From positions 1 to 64,000 of IMG/VR virus record IMGVR_UViG_3300042318_001133: DNA of 64,000 nucleotides; one strand, given 5' to 3'. Both the position numbers and the translations under genes were made by a program. Positions 26,658 to 36,144 of the stretch are shown here, piece by piece; the stretch's first letter is position 1, and every line of letters begins with the position of its first letter. The DNA is from a virus. Taxonomy: Duplodnaviria > Caudoviricetes. The notes below the pieces were generated by a model. That model saw only the letters and a program-made list of their open reading frames with translations, was not told where the DNA came from and ran no database searches.

Positions 26658-28001
26658 TTATTGTGTTAAGATTTCTCTTCTTGTACGTGGAGCGTCATAG
26701 AAGCGCTCTCTATCGTAGTTTTGATAGATGTCAATTACTTGACCTCCTTTATATTTTCTCATCTTATCGATGTAAAGTCTCATGAAATTATCTTCCTTTT
26801 CATCGTCTGTTTGATTCAGTGATACGAAGAATGAGAATGGCTTTATTGCACCTTTAAATTCAGATACGTTATATCGAGTCATGACGAATTTTGGATCATT
26901 CAAAAGATCTGGAGAAACTGTCGATGCTTGAGTACATGAAATAATTCGCGTATCAAACTCTACTGCAAGATTCTTTAAACCATCACCAAGAGCCTCTCTA
27001 CGCTGTCTCTCTTCAGATGGCTTATACTTTACACCGTTACCGGGATTGAATAGTTCCAAGTAATCCATCAAAATAAGATCCATTTTACCGTGCTCTTTCT
27101 CAACACTTTCAACAATAGAGCGAACGTCTAATAACGATGCTGAATTGAATTGCTCGAATGCCTCAACGAAAATCTCTCCCCCTTGATTTGTGATGTTTTG
27201 AATAGCTGTCTGGATCTTTTTATTGGTAATTGAATCAATGTCCCCATATTCAATTGAATGAAGCTGACATCCCGTCCATGTGGCGTCATATAGGTCGAGA
27301 CACTCCTTCTTCGTCCCCTCTGCTTGAAGGTGAAGTACTTTGAAACCAAGACGTGAGGCATTGACTCCGATCCATTTCAATAATTTAGACTTTCCAACTC
27401 CCGATTGAGCAAGGAAAAGTGCAATATCGCCTCTATTAATTCCTCCTTTAGATAGTCGATCTAATTCATCGATTCCAAAAGGAACTTTTTCAGTATCTGC
27501 CCCATTGTCGGATTCCTTACTTAACAGTCTTCGATCGAATCGCTCATTATATCCTTCAAAGATCTTTTCATAGTAGTTTGCCTTTAAAGAAAATGCATTG
27601 ATTTTGTCAGAAGCCTCCATCAATATCTTATATGCTTTATCTTTATCGCCACTATTATAGACATCACCTAAAGAATCGTACATATCAACAAACATAGCCT
27701 GCTTAACGTACTTTTCAAGTTGTTGCATTACTAATTCGCGATCTGGTAAGTCTGCATCTCGAACCTTTCCAATCAACTCAATTACGCCACGATCAGTTTC
27801 ATTTTGTTGTGCTAAAATTCCAAAAGATGGTAATTTACGAGTTGCTGAGAATGTATCTGTGATCGACTTCCAAAGTTGCTTATAGCTTTCGTTCGGTAGA
27901 TAGGTAAATTTTAAGTGCTCCCTACAAGCTTCAAGTACCTCTCTACTACGTAGCGAGCTTTTGAAGAGTTCAAGTAAAAAGTGTTCTGACAAACGATCCA
28001 T
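26658..28001 (-). CDS. dnaB: DnaB-like replicative helicase
   Basis: Walker A AQSGVGKS, LQAEG, LMDYLE, CTQ, KMR; near primase. Confidence 0.88.
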   Translation of the reverse strand: MDRLSEHFLLELFKSSLRSREVLEACREHLKFTYLPNESYKQLWKSITDTFSATRKLPSFGILAQQNETDRGVIELIGKVRDADLPDRELVMQQLEKYVKQAMFVDMYDSLGDVYNSGDKDKAYKILMEASDKINAFSLKANYYEKIFEGYNERFDRRLLSKESDNGADTEKVPFGIDELDRLSKGGINRGDIALFLAQSGVGKSKLLKWIGVNASRLGFKVLHLQAEGTKKECLDLYDATWTGCQLHSIEYGDIDSITNKKIQTAIQNITNQGGEIFVEAFEQFNSASLLDVRSIVESVEKEHGKMDLILMDYLELFNPGNGVKYKPSEERQRREALGDGLKNLAVEFDTRIISCTQASTVSPDLLNDPKFVMTRYNVSEFKGAIKPFSFFVSLNQTDDEKEDNFMRLYIDKMRKYKGGQVIDIYQNYDRERFYDAPRTRREILTQ

Positions 28002-28033
28002 TATGTTTACGATTTTTTATAAAGATATACTTT

Positions 28034-29728
28034 CTACATGAAAGAGAAGTCAAAATCTTGCCTAATATATTTTGCTGCTCTTATTGAAATCCATAGAGAC
28101 ATCGCACAATCGTCGTGTTCACCTACGCCCTCTAATTTTCCTTTATCGGTAAATGTCATCGATGCAAGTTCGCCACAGATCAAGTCTGTAATGTCTTTAC
28201 TCTTTTGATCGCCTCTCGGAAATCTCATACGACCTTGCTCAAATAATACTGCAAGAGCAGGTACTCCATTTTCAAGATTGTATTTGTTAATTCCGGTAGT
28301 GTGTGATACGACTGGCAAGTTGGCATCCTTCATCATTTGAATAAAGATCTTCTGCATGGCATTATCTTCTGCCATGATAATGTCAGGACGATAATCTGAA
28401 TTAAGTCGCTTAATTGCAGCCATTTGCTCGTTATATGTAGCACCTTTTTCTCTCCAGATATTCAATAACCAGAATTGCTCTAAATCATCGACACCTATTA
28501 CTGTAAATACCGAATAATCGGCACCTACAGATGCTGAAATTGCAAAGTCACACCCAATAACTACTTTCGTAAATTTCTTTTGAGAGCTGACGATGTTGGG
28601 AGCGAGCGTTACAGTATCCATTCCCAAGAAAGCTCTCTCTAAAATTGGCCATGGGAAGATTGACGATTCATTCGATACTGGACGTACCAAAATCTCTCTT
28701 GAGAATACTAACGAACCTTGCGTTTCTTTCTTTTCAAGCAATCCCGCCAAACTATGTCGTCCTGCCCATAAAACCTCTCCATTTGGAAACAGTGCTGGAT
28801 ATTCAAATACCTTCCAACCTCTCTTAGCCTTTAAATCTGCATATAGATCTGCTTCGTGGAATGGCGTACCTACAGTAACTACCTGACCTCCAGGCACAAT
28901 CATGTTCATGATTACGGAGTGCATAAAGTCGATATACTTATCTCTTTGCTCTTTCGAATACATATTTGATTCATTCAAGAAGTCATCGACAACCATATAT
29001 CCAGGGTGAAATCCACGCATCTTTGATCCGTACGATTTGATAATCAAACTTGCACCATTTTTACACTTAATACCTTCCTTACCCCATCCTTCAGTTTTTT
29101 GATCTGGCATCAAGATTGGATTGAGAATATCGTTACTCTCAATTTCTTCACGTATAAGGCCAAGTAAGTGTTTCGCAAGGCCAAACTCATTTGTAACAAG
29201 AATTCCCTCCTTAGATAGCTTATATTCCTTTGGTGCACGCGTTAGAGAGGTATCTTTCGCATAACGATACATCTTCCATAGAGGATATGCTTTTGAGAAT
29301 GTGAATGATTTTGAGTGATCTCGACTTGCAATAATACATAGATACTTATAAATCTGCACCAAATTGCCCCATTCGATGTGATGCCAATTCATTTCAAAGT
29401 CGGGCAAACATGAAGTGATGAAGTAATTGAAACTCAATTTACGCATAGTGTCTTCTACACTTTCAGTCAGCTTATCAAGATAGCCGAAAGATGCAGTCTT
29501 TACTTTACCCGTATGTGAATGAAGTACTGAATTAGTTTCTGTCGCTAATCCCAGCAGAATGCCATCTAAATCTTTCTCATTTCCCGACAATAGTTCAGTC
29601 AAAGCCTCTTCGTCGAGATCGTTAATTATACGTTCCACGTAATCGTAGACGTTCGTCAACTGATCTAACGTCAATGGTGCTTTTGAGAAGAATGGTAAAG
29701 ATGCGGGAGTAAATAAATCCCTACCCAT
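28034..29728 (-). CDS. Terminase large subunit
   Basis: ATPase ASRDHSKS, MRGFHP, VVDDF, VGTP; nuclease IGCDFA and HDDCAMS. Confidence 0.88.
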   Translation of the reverse strand: MGRDLFTPASLPFFSKAPLTLDQLTNVYDYVERIINDLDEEALTELLSGNEKDLDGILLGLATETNSVLHSHTGKVKTASFGYLDKLTESVEDTMRKLSFNYFITSCLPDFEMNWHHIEWGNLVQIYKYLCIIASRDHSKSFTFSKAYPLWKMYRYAKDTSLTRAPKEYKLSKEGILVTNEFGLAKHLLGLIREEIESNDILNPILMPDQKTEGWGKEGIKCKNGASLIIKSYGSKMRGFHPGYMVVDDFLNESNMYSKEQRDKYIDFMHSVIMNMIVPGGQVVTVGTPFHEADLYADLKAKRGWKVFEYPALFPNGEVLWAGRHSLAGLLEKKETQGSLVFSREILVRPVSNESSIFPWPILERAFLGMDTVTLAPNIVSSQKKFTKVVIGCDFAISASVGADYSVFTVIGVDDLEQFWLLNIWREKGATYNEQMAAIKRLNSDYRPDIIMAEDNAMQKIFIQMMKDANLPVVSHTTGINKYNLENGVPALAVLFEQGRMRFPRGDQKSKDITDLICGELASMTFTDKGKLEGVGEHDDCAMSLWISIRAAKYIRQDFDFSFM

Positions 29729-30012
29729 TATACTTTTCTGTTTTGACTTTTAGCACGCTCCAGTGGTGTTAGAGATATTCTATATCGCCCACCCTCTGCT
29801 CGTATCAAATTATATGCTTTCAATACCGGAATATCGAAACTTTCAAGAGTTTCTGAATGTTGAGTAACTTTCTTTAACTCTTTCAAAGTAAACCATTTTC
29901 GTCCAAATTTTGAACGTATTTGAAGTGCTAAAGCTGCAGCCGTTTTTTGATTTTCAGCATCTGCCAAAAAAGCCTTCAAGTCTTCTTGAGTGATTTCTTG
30001 ATATTGGTCCAT
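29728..30012 (-). CDS. Hypothetical protein (possible winged helix)
   Basis: 94 aa; stop overlaps the terminase start. Confidence 0.65.
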   Translation of the reverse strand: MDQYQEITQEDLKAFLADAENQKTAAALALQIRSKFGRKWFTLKELKKVTQHSETLESFDIPVLKAYNLIRAEGGRYRISLTPLERAKSQNRKV

Positions 30013-30017
30013 AATCT

Positions 30018-30641
30018 TTAAAATTTGAATGTTGATCTTTGCGTTTTCGTAGATACACTTTCACGTGCAACAGATCCCTCTCCACCTACCTGACGCAATG
30101 CCATTGTATATTGAATGAAGAGTTGTTTCAATGCTTCAACGTCATCCATCGCTCTATGGGCATTTACTATTTCGATTCCAGATCTTTCACACGCTACACT
30201 TAATTTATGTATCGGCTTATCTGCATCTTTTAATCGACTCCAATGTATCGTATCAATAAATATCGGATCTACTAAAGCGTAAAGATTTTGCTCTGCACAG
30301 TGAAATGCAAACTCTAACATTCCCTGATCAAATGCAGCATTGTGTGCAATTAATACAGGTTTTAGACGTCCTTTACGTTTCATAGCCTTCAAAAAGACTG
30401 TCAGTTGTTTAATAAACTCTTTCAACTGTACGCCAGAATGGATCATATCCATCGTAATTCCAGTTAATTCCAGAGCCTTTGGCTCATAAATCATTCCTCC
30501 GTAAGGAGCAATAAAAGTTTCAAATCGACCTATCTCTTTAAAGTCTTCGCCCTGGAAGGCGATAAATGCGATCTCTGTGATTGGATTCTTTTCAGGATCT
30601 AACCCTCCAGTCTCACAATCGAATACGATGTAATTGTTCAT
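30018..30641 (-). CDS. dnaQ: DEDDh 3'-5' exonuclease (DNA polymerase III epsilon-like)
   Basis: VFDCETGG, AHNAAFD, IDT, HRAMDD. Confidence 0.9.
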   Translation of the reverse strand: MNNYIVFDCETGGLDPEKNPITEIAFIAFQGEDFKEIGRFETFIAPYGGMIYEPKALELTGITMDMIHSGVQLKEFIKQLTVFLKAMKRKGRLKPVLIAHNAAFDQGMLEFAFHCAEQNLYALVDPIFIDTIHWSRLKDADKPIHKLSVACERSGIEIVNAHRAMDDVEALKQLFIQYTMALRQVGGEGSVARESVSTKTQRSTFKF

Positions 30642-30643
30642 TT

Positions 30644-30907
30644 TTACGATTTTTTACTTGGTTTACTTTTTAGTCTTAAAATTTTAATACCAATCGCATC
30701 TTCTTCAATCACCTCAATTAATTTGCCGCCATACTGTCTTGGAATGGATCCACGCATTGTGTATTGCTGTACATCTCTAATTGTAAATTGATTGCCGCTC
30801 GATTTGGCTTGGTAGTTTTCATTTAACCAACGCACAAGTGCCGATGGAGTAAAGTCTGACTCCTTATTAAGTACTATTTTCTTCTTAACGTGCTCTGTTT
30901 CTGACAT
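30644..30907 (-). CDS. Hypothetical protein
   Basis: 87-aa ORF in the tightly packed run. Confidence 0.7.
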   Translation of the reverse strand: MSETEHVKKKIVLNKESDFTPSALVRWLNENYQAKSSGNQFTIRDVQQYTMRGSIPRQYGGKLIEVIEEDAIGIKILRLKSKPSKKS

Positions 30908-30920
30908 GGTTTCCTTTGCT

Positions 30921-31409
30921 TTACAAAAATCTAATGTTAGTAAACTCTCTCAAGCGTTCTCTTAATCGAGCAACTTCTTGATTTCTTTCATCTGCTGAGG
31001 AGAATTCAACTTCAGCGTTTGCAAATGCAATTTTCGATCCTTCGTCTCTATTTATGATCAGTCTATAGTTTGGTTTTTGCCTCTTCATGTCGTATGAATC
31101 AATCGGTTGAATTGAAACCAATAATCCTACGCGCATGGTAAGTGTCTTTATGGTAATAAAGTCGATCGTTGCCGATACAGGCTCCTTCCCTTGAAAAGCA
31201 TCGTTGAAGTTCTGTAATTCACTCAATACATCTCCATCGTCTTCTTGTTTCCATTTCGATAATATTGCAGTAAATTCCTTATTCCCTAAACGCTTCGCGA
31301 TTGTCGTTACATATTCAATAATTTCAGCATCGATGATAGATATCGGTCTTATTCCATCCTCATCTTCATGAGCGTAATCACTACTCGCCTCAATTAAGTG
31401 CCTTTTCAT
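30921..31409 (-). CDS. Hypothetical protein
   Basis: 162-aa ORF downstream of the promoter-like motif at 31430. Confidence 0.75.
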   Translation of the reverse strand: MKRHLIEASSDYAHEDEDGIRPISIIDAEIIEYVTTIAKRLGNKEFTAILSKWKQEDDGDVLSELQNFNDAFQGKEPVSATIDFITIKTLTMRVGLLVSIQPIDSYDMKRQKPNYRLIINRDEGSKIAFANAEVEFSSADERNQEVARLRERLREFTNIRFL

Positions 31410-31429
31410 TCGTTATAAATATATATTGT

Positions 31430-31448
31430 AAATGTACTCCTTATATCT
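31430..31448 (-). promoter_or_regulatory. Degenerate palindromic promoter/operator motif (AAATGTAC-TCC-TTATATCT)
   Basis: Intergenic; two mismatches to the AAATATAC-N3-GTATATCT form. Confidence 0.4.
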
Positions 31449-31469
31449 TTTCAAGAAAGTGAATTCGCC

Positions 31470-31976
31470 CTATCTTGTGATAAGTGAATAATATTCAAAA
31501 TCTATTCTCTTGATATATAGCATGTTAGATTCAAAGTCATGCAGTAGCATTTTTTCATCTAAAGTACCGTGCTCCCATACATCGTGACACCCTTTTATCT
31601 CTCCGATTGAAAGGCAGTGATATGTTAAATTGTCGATATCTGCCTCTAAATCTTTTCTTCTGGATCGAGGAATGAGATGTGAATGTGAAAGTCTTTGAGT
31701 TGTACCGCAGCCCGTACATGCATGTATTCTGGTGCGAGCCATTTGCTGATAAGTTTCCTTAATCTGCAAATTCAACATCTTCTGCTTTTCCGATATCTGT
31801 TTTGGCTTTTTTACCGATTTCATTAACTGTGTACGTTGCAATTGTCTTTGATTTGTAAATGAATCATTTTCTGGATGTAATCTTGCTGTATTGCACTCAT
31901 TACACAGTCCATGTTTACGATTTACTATGGGCTTATCTTTTGAGCACCCTTTACATTCTTCAATTTTTAGCTGCAT
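31470..31976 (-). CDS. Zinc-binding HNH/NinG-like endonuclease
   Basis: N-terminal CKGC...CNEC; C-terminal CTGC-x5-SHSHLIPRS...DNLTYHC...CHDVWE. Confidence 0.7.
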   Translation of the reverse strand: MQLKIEECKGCSKDKPIVNRKHGLCNECNTARLHPENDSFTNQRQLQRTQLMKSVKKPKQISEKQKMLNLQIKETYQQMARTRIHACTGCGTTQRLSHSHLIPRSRRKDLEADIDNLTYHCLSIGEIKGCHDVWEHGTLDEKMLLHDFESNMLYIKRIDFEYYSLITR

Positions 31977-32556
31977 AACCTCTTTGTAAATAAAGTGATG
32001 GATACATTTTCTTCAATAGATTCTTACACGTTGTGCGAGATTTACAAGTCAAGCACCACTTACTTCTTTTATTGAAAAGTGTTGTATTTTCAACGCAATA
32101 ACCAATTCTCGCTTCATCTAATTTGAAGCGTTCTTTTATTGCCTCCTCATTAGGAAAAAGAGCAAGGGCATCGTGTCGTGTGTTTTTGATAGGAAAGATG
32201 GCTTCTAAGTGGATAGAATATGGAATTAAGATCTTTTGCCGAACAATAAAAGAAGATCCCTCAGAACGAAGATTCCAACGCTCTATTGCCTTTGGTCCAA
32301 TTAGCCAATTCAACATGACAGTTTTACCAAACTGTGTGTCGTTCTTTTCAAACCATCTTAAATATTGATATGAGAAGTAATCTAACAGAAAATGTTTTCC
32401 TATTGATTTTAAGCGATACTCAGATGCCAGTCGATCGATAAAGTTATCGATCATGGCATTCTGTTTATCTGTAGGTAGAAATTTCCAATGAGGTCTATTG
32501 TCAATCTTGCGACTGAGATGTTCGTATAGCGTAACAATATCCTCTCTTAATTCCAT
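31960..32556 (-). CDS. Hypothetical protein with a C-terminal Cys cluster
   Basis: 198 aa; YCVENTT...WCLTC...TC. Confidence 0.75.
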   Translation of the reverse strand: MELREDIVTLYEHLSRKIDNRPHWKFLPTDKQNAMIDNFIDRLASEYRLKSIGKHFLLDYFSYQYLRWFEKNDTQFGKTVMLNWLIGPKAIERWNLRSEGSSFIVRQKILIPYSIHLEAIFPIKNTRHDALALFPNEEAIKERFKLDEARIGYCVENTTLFNKRSKWCLTCKSRTTCKNLLKKMYPSLYLQRGYAAKN

Positions 32557-32572
32557 TTATCTATTTTTCGAT

Positions 32573-32591
32573 AAATATACAAAGGATATTT
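32573..32591 (-). promoter_or_regulatory. Promoter/operator variant (AAATATAC-AAA-GGATATTC) at the tail/replication boundary
   Basis: Nearly identical to the copy at 12809; contains minus-strand TATATTTA. Confidence 0.5.
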
Positions 32592-32603
32592 CTATATTAC
32601 AAA

Positions 32604-33155
32604 TTAGGTCCAGTCAAAGTGCCAAACGATTGGATCTTCTTGTTCAGTTAAGGGTGCTGCTGCCAATGCTGCTGCTGAGTAATATGTAGATTGAATGTTC
32701 GGTTTTAGAGTCATTCTCAACCAAATCCCCAACATTGCTCCTGCGGCGAGGTTTCCTAAACTTACTGCAGTGCCTATCGAATTTGCAGTATAGAAAGTTG
32801 CTCCAATTGGCGTACCTCGCATACTGGTAATCTTTTCCATTGAAAATTGATGCGGAGTACATAAGACGTTTTCAGTCAATGCAACTGCAGCGATCTCGAT
32901 ATTGACAAATGGATGTGTTGCCAGATTTTCAAACCAAGTAGTTAATCCGGTAGCAGCAGATCCTTCGTTTTTAATGACAAGTGCCTTAGTTTCTCTGAAG
33001 TTATTTTCAATTGTATATGCGCTAATTTCACCAAAGAGATTTCCGATTAAATCGTTTGGTATCGGAGATGAGGATACGAAACCTCCTAAAGATTTATCTT
33101 TATCTATTTGAGCAGCCATGTAAGAGTCTGCTCCCGTAAAGTAGTAATTTATCAT
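32604..33155 (-). CDS. Putative virion/tail-associated protein
   Basis: 183 aa at the end of the tail module; SLGGFVSS, NDLIGNLF, LGIWLRMT resemble phage tail-associated beta-sandwich proteins. Confidence 0.6.
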   Translation of the reverse strand: MINYYFTGADSYMAAQIDKDKSLGGFVSSSPIPNDLIGNLFGEISAYTIENNFRETKALVIKNEGSAATGLTTWFENLATHPFVNIEIAAVALTENVLCTPHQFSMEKITSMRGTPIGATFYTANSIGTAVSLGNLAAGAMLGIWLRMTLKPNIQSTYYSAAALAAAPLTEQEDPIVWHFDWT

Positions 33156-33580
33156 TGCGCGTAAACTCCTTTAATTATCGTTAAAATTGCCTTTTCACCA
33201 GCCGGAACCACCACATTGCTAATCACAAGCGAAGCAATAGCATCACAGTTAATTACTTGAAATTGAGACATATTGCCAATGTTTTGTCCTGCATAAACAA
33301 AATGCAGTCTTCGAGGATCTGGCCTATCTGCAGGCGTAGCGACGTATTTATTACATTGAATATGGATGAATGATGCATTCGACGTATCGATTGTCTTTGT
33401 AAATGCCGCACCCGTCGTAGCGTCTAATGTATATGTTTGACGATCAGTATTCAATACTTTAAATCCTGCAGCGATACTTGCAACCGAATCACTTCCCGCA
33501 ATATTGTTGTTAGTGATTGCTGAATTGTCCAACGCCTCCAAAGAAACTGTTGTGATTTTACTAACTATTTGAGTTTCCAT
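33152..33580 (-). CDS. Hypothetical (putative virion) protein
   Basis: 142 aa, beta-rich, follows a fibre gene. Confidence 0.6.
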   Translation of the reverse strand: METQIVSKITTVSLEALDNSAITNNNIAGSDSVASIAAGFKVLNTDRQTYTLDATTGAAFTKTIDTSNASFIHIQCNKYVATPADRPDPRRLHFVYAGQNIGNMSQFQVINCDAIASLVISNVVVPAGEKAILTIIKGVYAQ

Positions 33581-33586
33581 ATGAAA

Positions 33587-36097
33587 TTATAATTGTGGTT
33601 GTGGATATGTAATTGAACCTCCAGGACCTCCATTTCCGCCAGGGAAAGGTACTCGCTGCATAAAGCCCAAAATAATATATGCCGGTCTATTCTCATGATA
33701 GTCTGCAGCGTCTATAGCTGCACTATTGCTGACTGCAATCGATCCGTTAATGGCTGGATTTGAGTTTGGATTTCCAGAGACTTGTGAGTTTGCATCTCCA
33801 CTACCGTCGCCTGGATTATTTGCAACAATCTCACCACTACCACTATCTACCGAAATTTGTCTTATTATAACAGTGTGTGTGTGGTTGGGTAAAGTCAATG
33901 TGTGTGAGACTGGATGTGAGTGTGCCTGCACGCCAGATTGCCCTGCTGTTAATTTATATGAACTTGATCCGTGAGAACCTCCAATGCCATCAAATTCCGA
34001 AGTCGCAACTGTGCCGTAATTTCCGTCTCGTACTGTGCCGTAATTTGAACCTGCAATAAAGCGTTCACGTAAATCGTGAGTACCGTTACTTCCATTACAT
34101 AAAGCCCATCCTAAATACTCGTCAGAAACTCCTTTCCCTGTATTGTCGAAATTCACATCTACAGCTAAATCAACCTCAGTACTGAAGTTTTCAATTGCTC
34201 CTAATCGTGAAGTGTCAGACTCTACCAACCAAGCCCTCCATACACCATCTACAAATCGACAATCAAATACCAACTGTTTGCGTGGCATTTTCATATAATC
34301 AAGATCTGTTGGAGTAAAGTAGTGTAAAATGGTTCCTGGAGTTCCTGGATTCACATATCCGGTATTGAATGTTATTCCATAACCACCCGGCGTTACATTA
34401 ACATCGAAGATGATTGTAAATTGATTGCCATTAGAAGCTCCTGCCGGATCTAAGTTATAGACATGATTCGTAGATAGACTGATCGCTCCAGTAATAACTT
34501 GTATGGCATTATTTGTACCGACAATTAAATTCTGTACCGGATTGGCGTTATTGATCGTGATTGTCGTCCCTCCAAATAAATCTCCAGTCAAGATGGTATC
34601 TTGAAATTGCGCATAATTATTTGCATTGGCAGTCAATTTGATATATCCCGCAGCCAAGGTTCCTGGAGTCGTGTAAGGTACACGAACTCGATCGAGACTG
34701 TTAGCATTCAATATACCATTAATGTCGAAAGAAGATTCATCGTAATATCCAACAATATCTGTCGGCAAAGCTTTCCATTCTGAATACTCATTTAAACGTT
34801 TATATCGCCATTGAATATTGTATAGATAAGTCGATCCCGCTGCAACTGGTACAAGTAACCATTCAGTAGTAAAAGCATCCTTAACTGGCGCCAACTTTCG
34901 ACTGCGCGTATGTTCAATAACGGTTCCCGTAGAATTTGGTCCAAATTGGAATTCAATCTCTTCAACATCGGGTACGATTACAATTTCACGACCCGCACCA
35001 TAAGCGTCGCTTGGATTTAAGATATCGAGAAATAAATTAATATCTGCACCCGTTTTAGTGCTACTAATTATTTTTCTCCAAACACCCTTTTCGTCATAAA
35101 CAAGCCATCCATTAAAGTCTCCCGTAGTGAAATCTGAAGTTGACTTAAATCGTCCACCTAAACCTGCATTGATTGTTAGTTTACGTAAAGATGTGTCATA
35201 TGTAAAGTTAGAAGATCTGAATCCCCAACCTATTTTAATTTGATTCTTCTCCTTGGTTCCTTGAGTGTGATCATATCGAATCTCTTCTATACCAATTAAC
35301 GTATTGTTTGCCTTATCGACCGTAGAAATAGCCTTATCTGCTTGGGTTTTCCAGACATTTGATCGCTTATCTTGAATTTCAACAATTCCCGATACAGAAC
35401 GTACTCTGGCAACTAAAAATTGATAGTTTGCCGTTGTAGATGGAGGAGTGTTTACTACAGTCTCTGCTACAATATCAAACTGACATGCGTCATATTGAAA
35501 TGGATATTGATCAATACTCGATGGAGTATGTCCTGGAGTAAATGTTCCAAAAACAGCGTAACTTAATGTATTTTCTGCTTGAAAAACACCCGACAAAACC
35601 GCACTCGTGTCGTTAATTACCTCTACGACATCGTATTGTAATGTATTTAAACTTGCTCCACTGAAAGTAATTCTTGCAGGGAAGTTGGGTTGACCTCTCA
35701 GTACTTCAGTAAATTTCGTACCGATTCCGGTCAAATTACCTGCCGTATCAATACTTACAGTACCAACCTCTATTGGCGAGAATTTGTGACTAACACGAAT
35801 CCAATACCACGCCGAGTTGTTAGTGATTGCAATATTATCTTGAGCTGTCTTATATAAAACATTCCCATCAGCATTAATTGCGAAAGAATTTACTGGAACT
35901 TTGATAGTTGACGAGTTCGTTCCTGCTTCAATCCTAAAAGCATTGAATGACGGATCACTTGCTTGATGTACAATTCCAAAATCGGCAGTATTTTGTAAAA
36001 GGTTACGTTTAAATCCCTCATCTACTGTAAATTTCCATTGACGGTTGAGTTCTTGTGAACCTAAAAATAACTGATTACTGTACTTTAATTTTGACAT
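33587..36097 (-). CDS. Tail fibre with tail-collar domain and His-x-His motifs (T4 gp12-like C-terminus)
   Basis: 836 aa; GWALCNGSNGTHDLRERFIAG collar, AHSH/NHTH, HENRPAYIILGFMQRV. Confidence 0.8.
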   Translation of the reverse strand: MSKLKYSNQLFLGSQELNRQWKFTVDEGFKRNLLQNTADFGIVHQASDPSFNAFRIEAGTNSSTIKVPVNSFAINADGNVLYKTAQDNIAITNNSAWYWIRVSHKFSPIEVGTVSIDTAGNLTGIGTKFTEVLRGQPNFPARITFSGASLNTLQYDVVEVINDTSAVLSGVFQAENTLSYAVFGTFTPGHTPSSIDQYPFQYDACQFDIVAETVVNTPPSTTANYQFLVARVRSVSGIVEIQDKRSNVWKTQADKAISTVDKANNTLIGIEEIRYDHTQGTKEKNQIKIGWGFRSSNFTYDTSLRKLTINAGLGGRFKSTSDFTTGDFNGWLVYDEKGVWRKIISSTKTGADINLFLDILNPSDAYGAGREIVIVPDVEEIEFQFGPNSTGTVIEHTRSRKLAPVKDAFTTEWLLVPVAAGSTYLYNIQWRYKRLNEYSEWKALPTDIVGYYDESSFDINGILNANSLDRVRVPYTTPGTLAAGYIKLTANANNYAQFQDTILTGDLFGGTTITINNANPVQNLIVGTNNAIQVITGAISLSTNHVYNLDPAGASNGNQFTIIFDVNVTPGGYGITFNTGYVNPGTPGTILHYFTPTDLDYMKMPRKQLVFDCRFVDGVWRAWLVESDTSRLGAIENFSTEVDLAVDVNFDNTGKGVSDEYLGWALCNGSNGTHDLRERFIAGSNYGTVRDGNYGTVATSEFDGIGGSHGSSSYKLTAGQSGVQAHSHPVSHTLTLPNHTHTVIIRQISVDSGSGEIVANNPGDGSGDANSQVSGNPNSNPAINGSIAVSNSAAIDAADYHENRPAYIILGFMQRVPFPGGNGGPGGSITYPQPQL

Positions 36098-36144
36098 TTT
36101 AGAAAAATTTTAATAAAAATACTCTGTTTATTCGATACACGCTA

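Noticed and set aside
1240-29728. Inteins or group I introns in nrdJ, recA, dnaE, dnaB or terminase
   Set aside because: Protein lengths are ordinary, ORFs are uninterrupted, and no C...HN intein ends or LAGLIDADG motifs were seen
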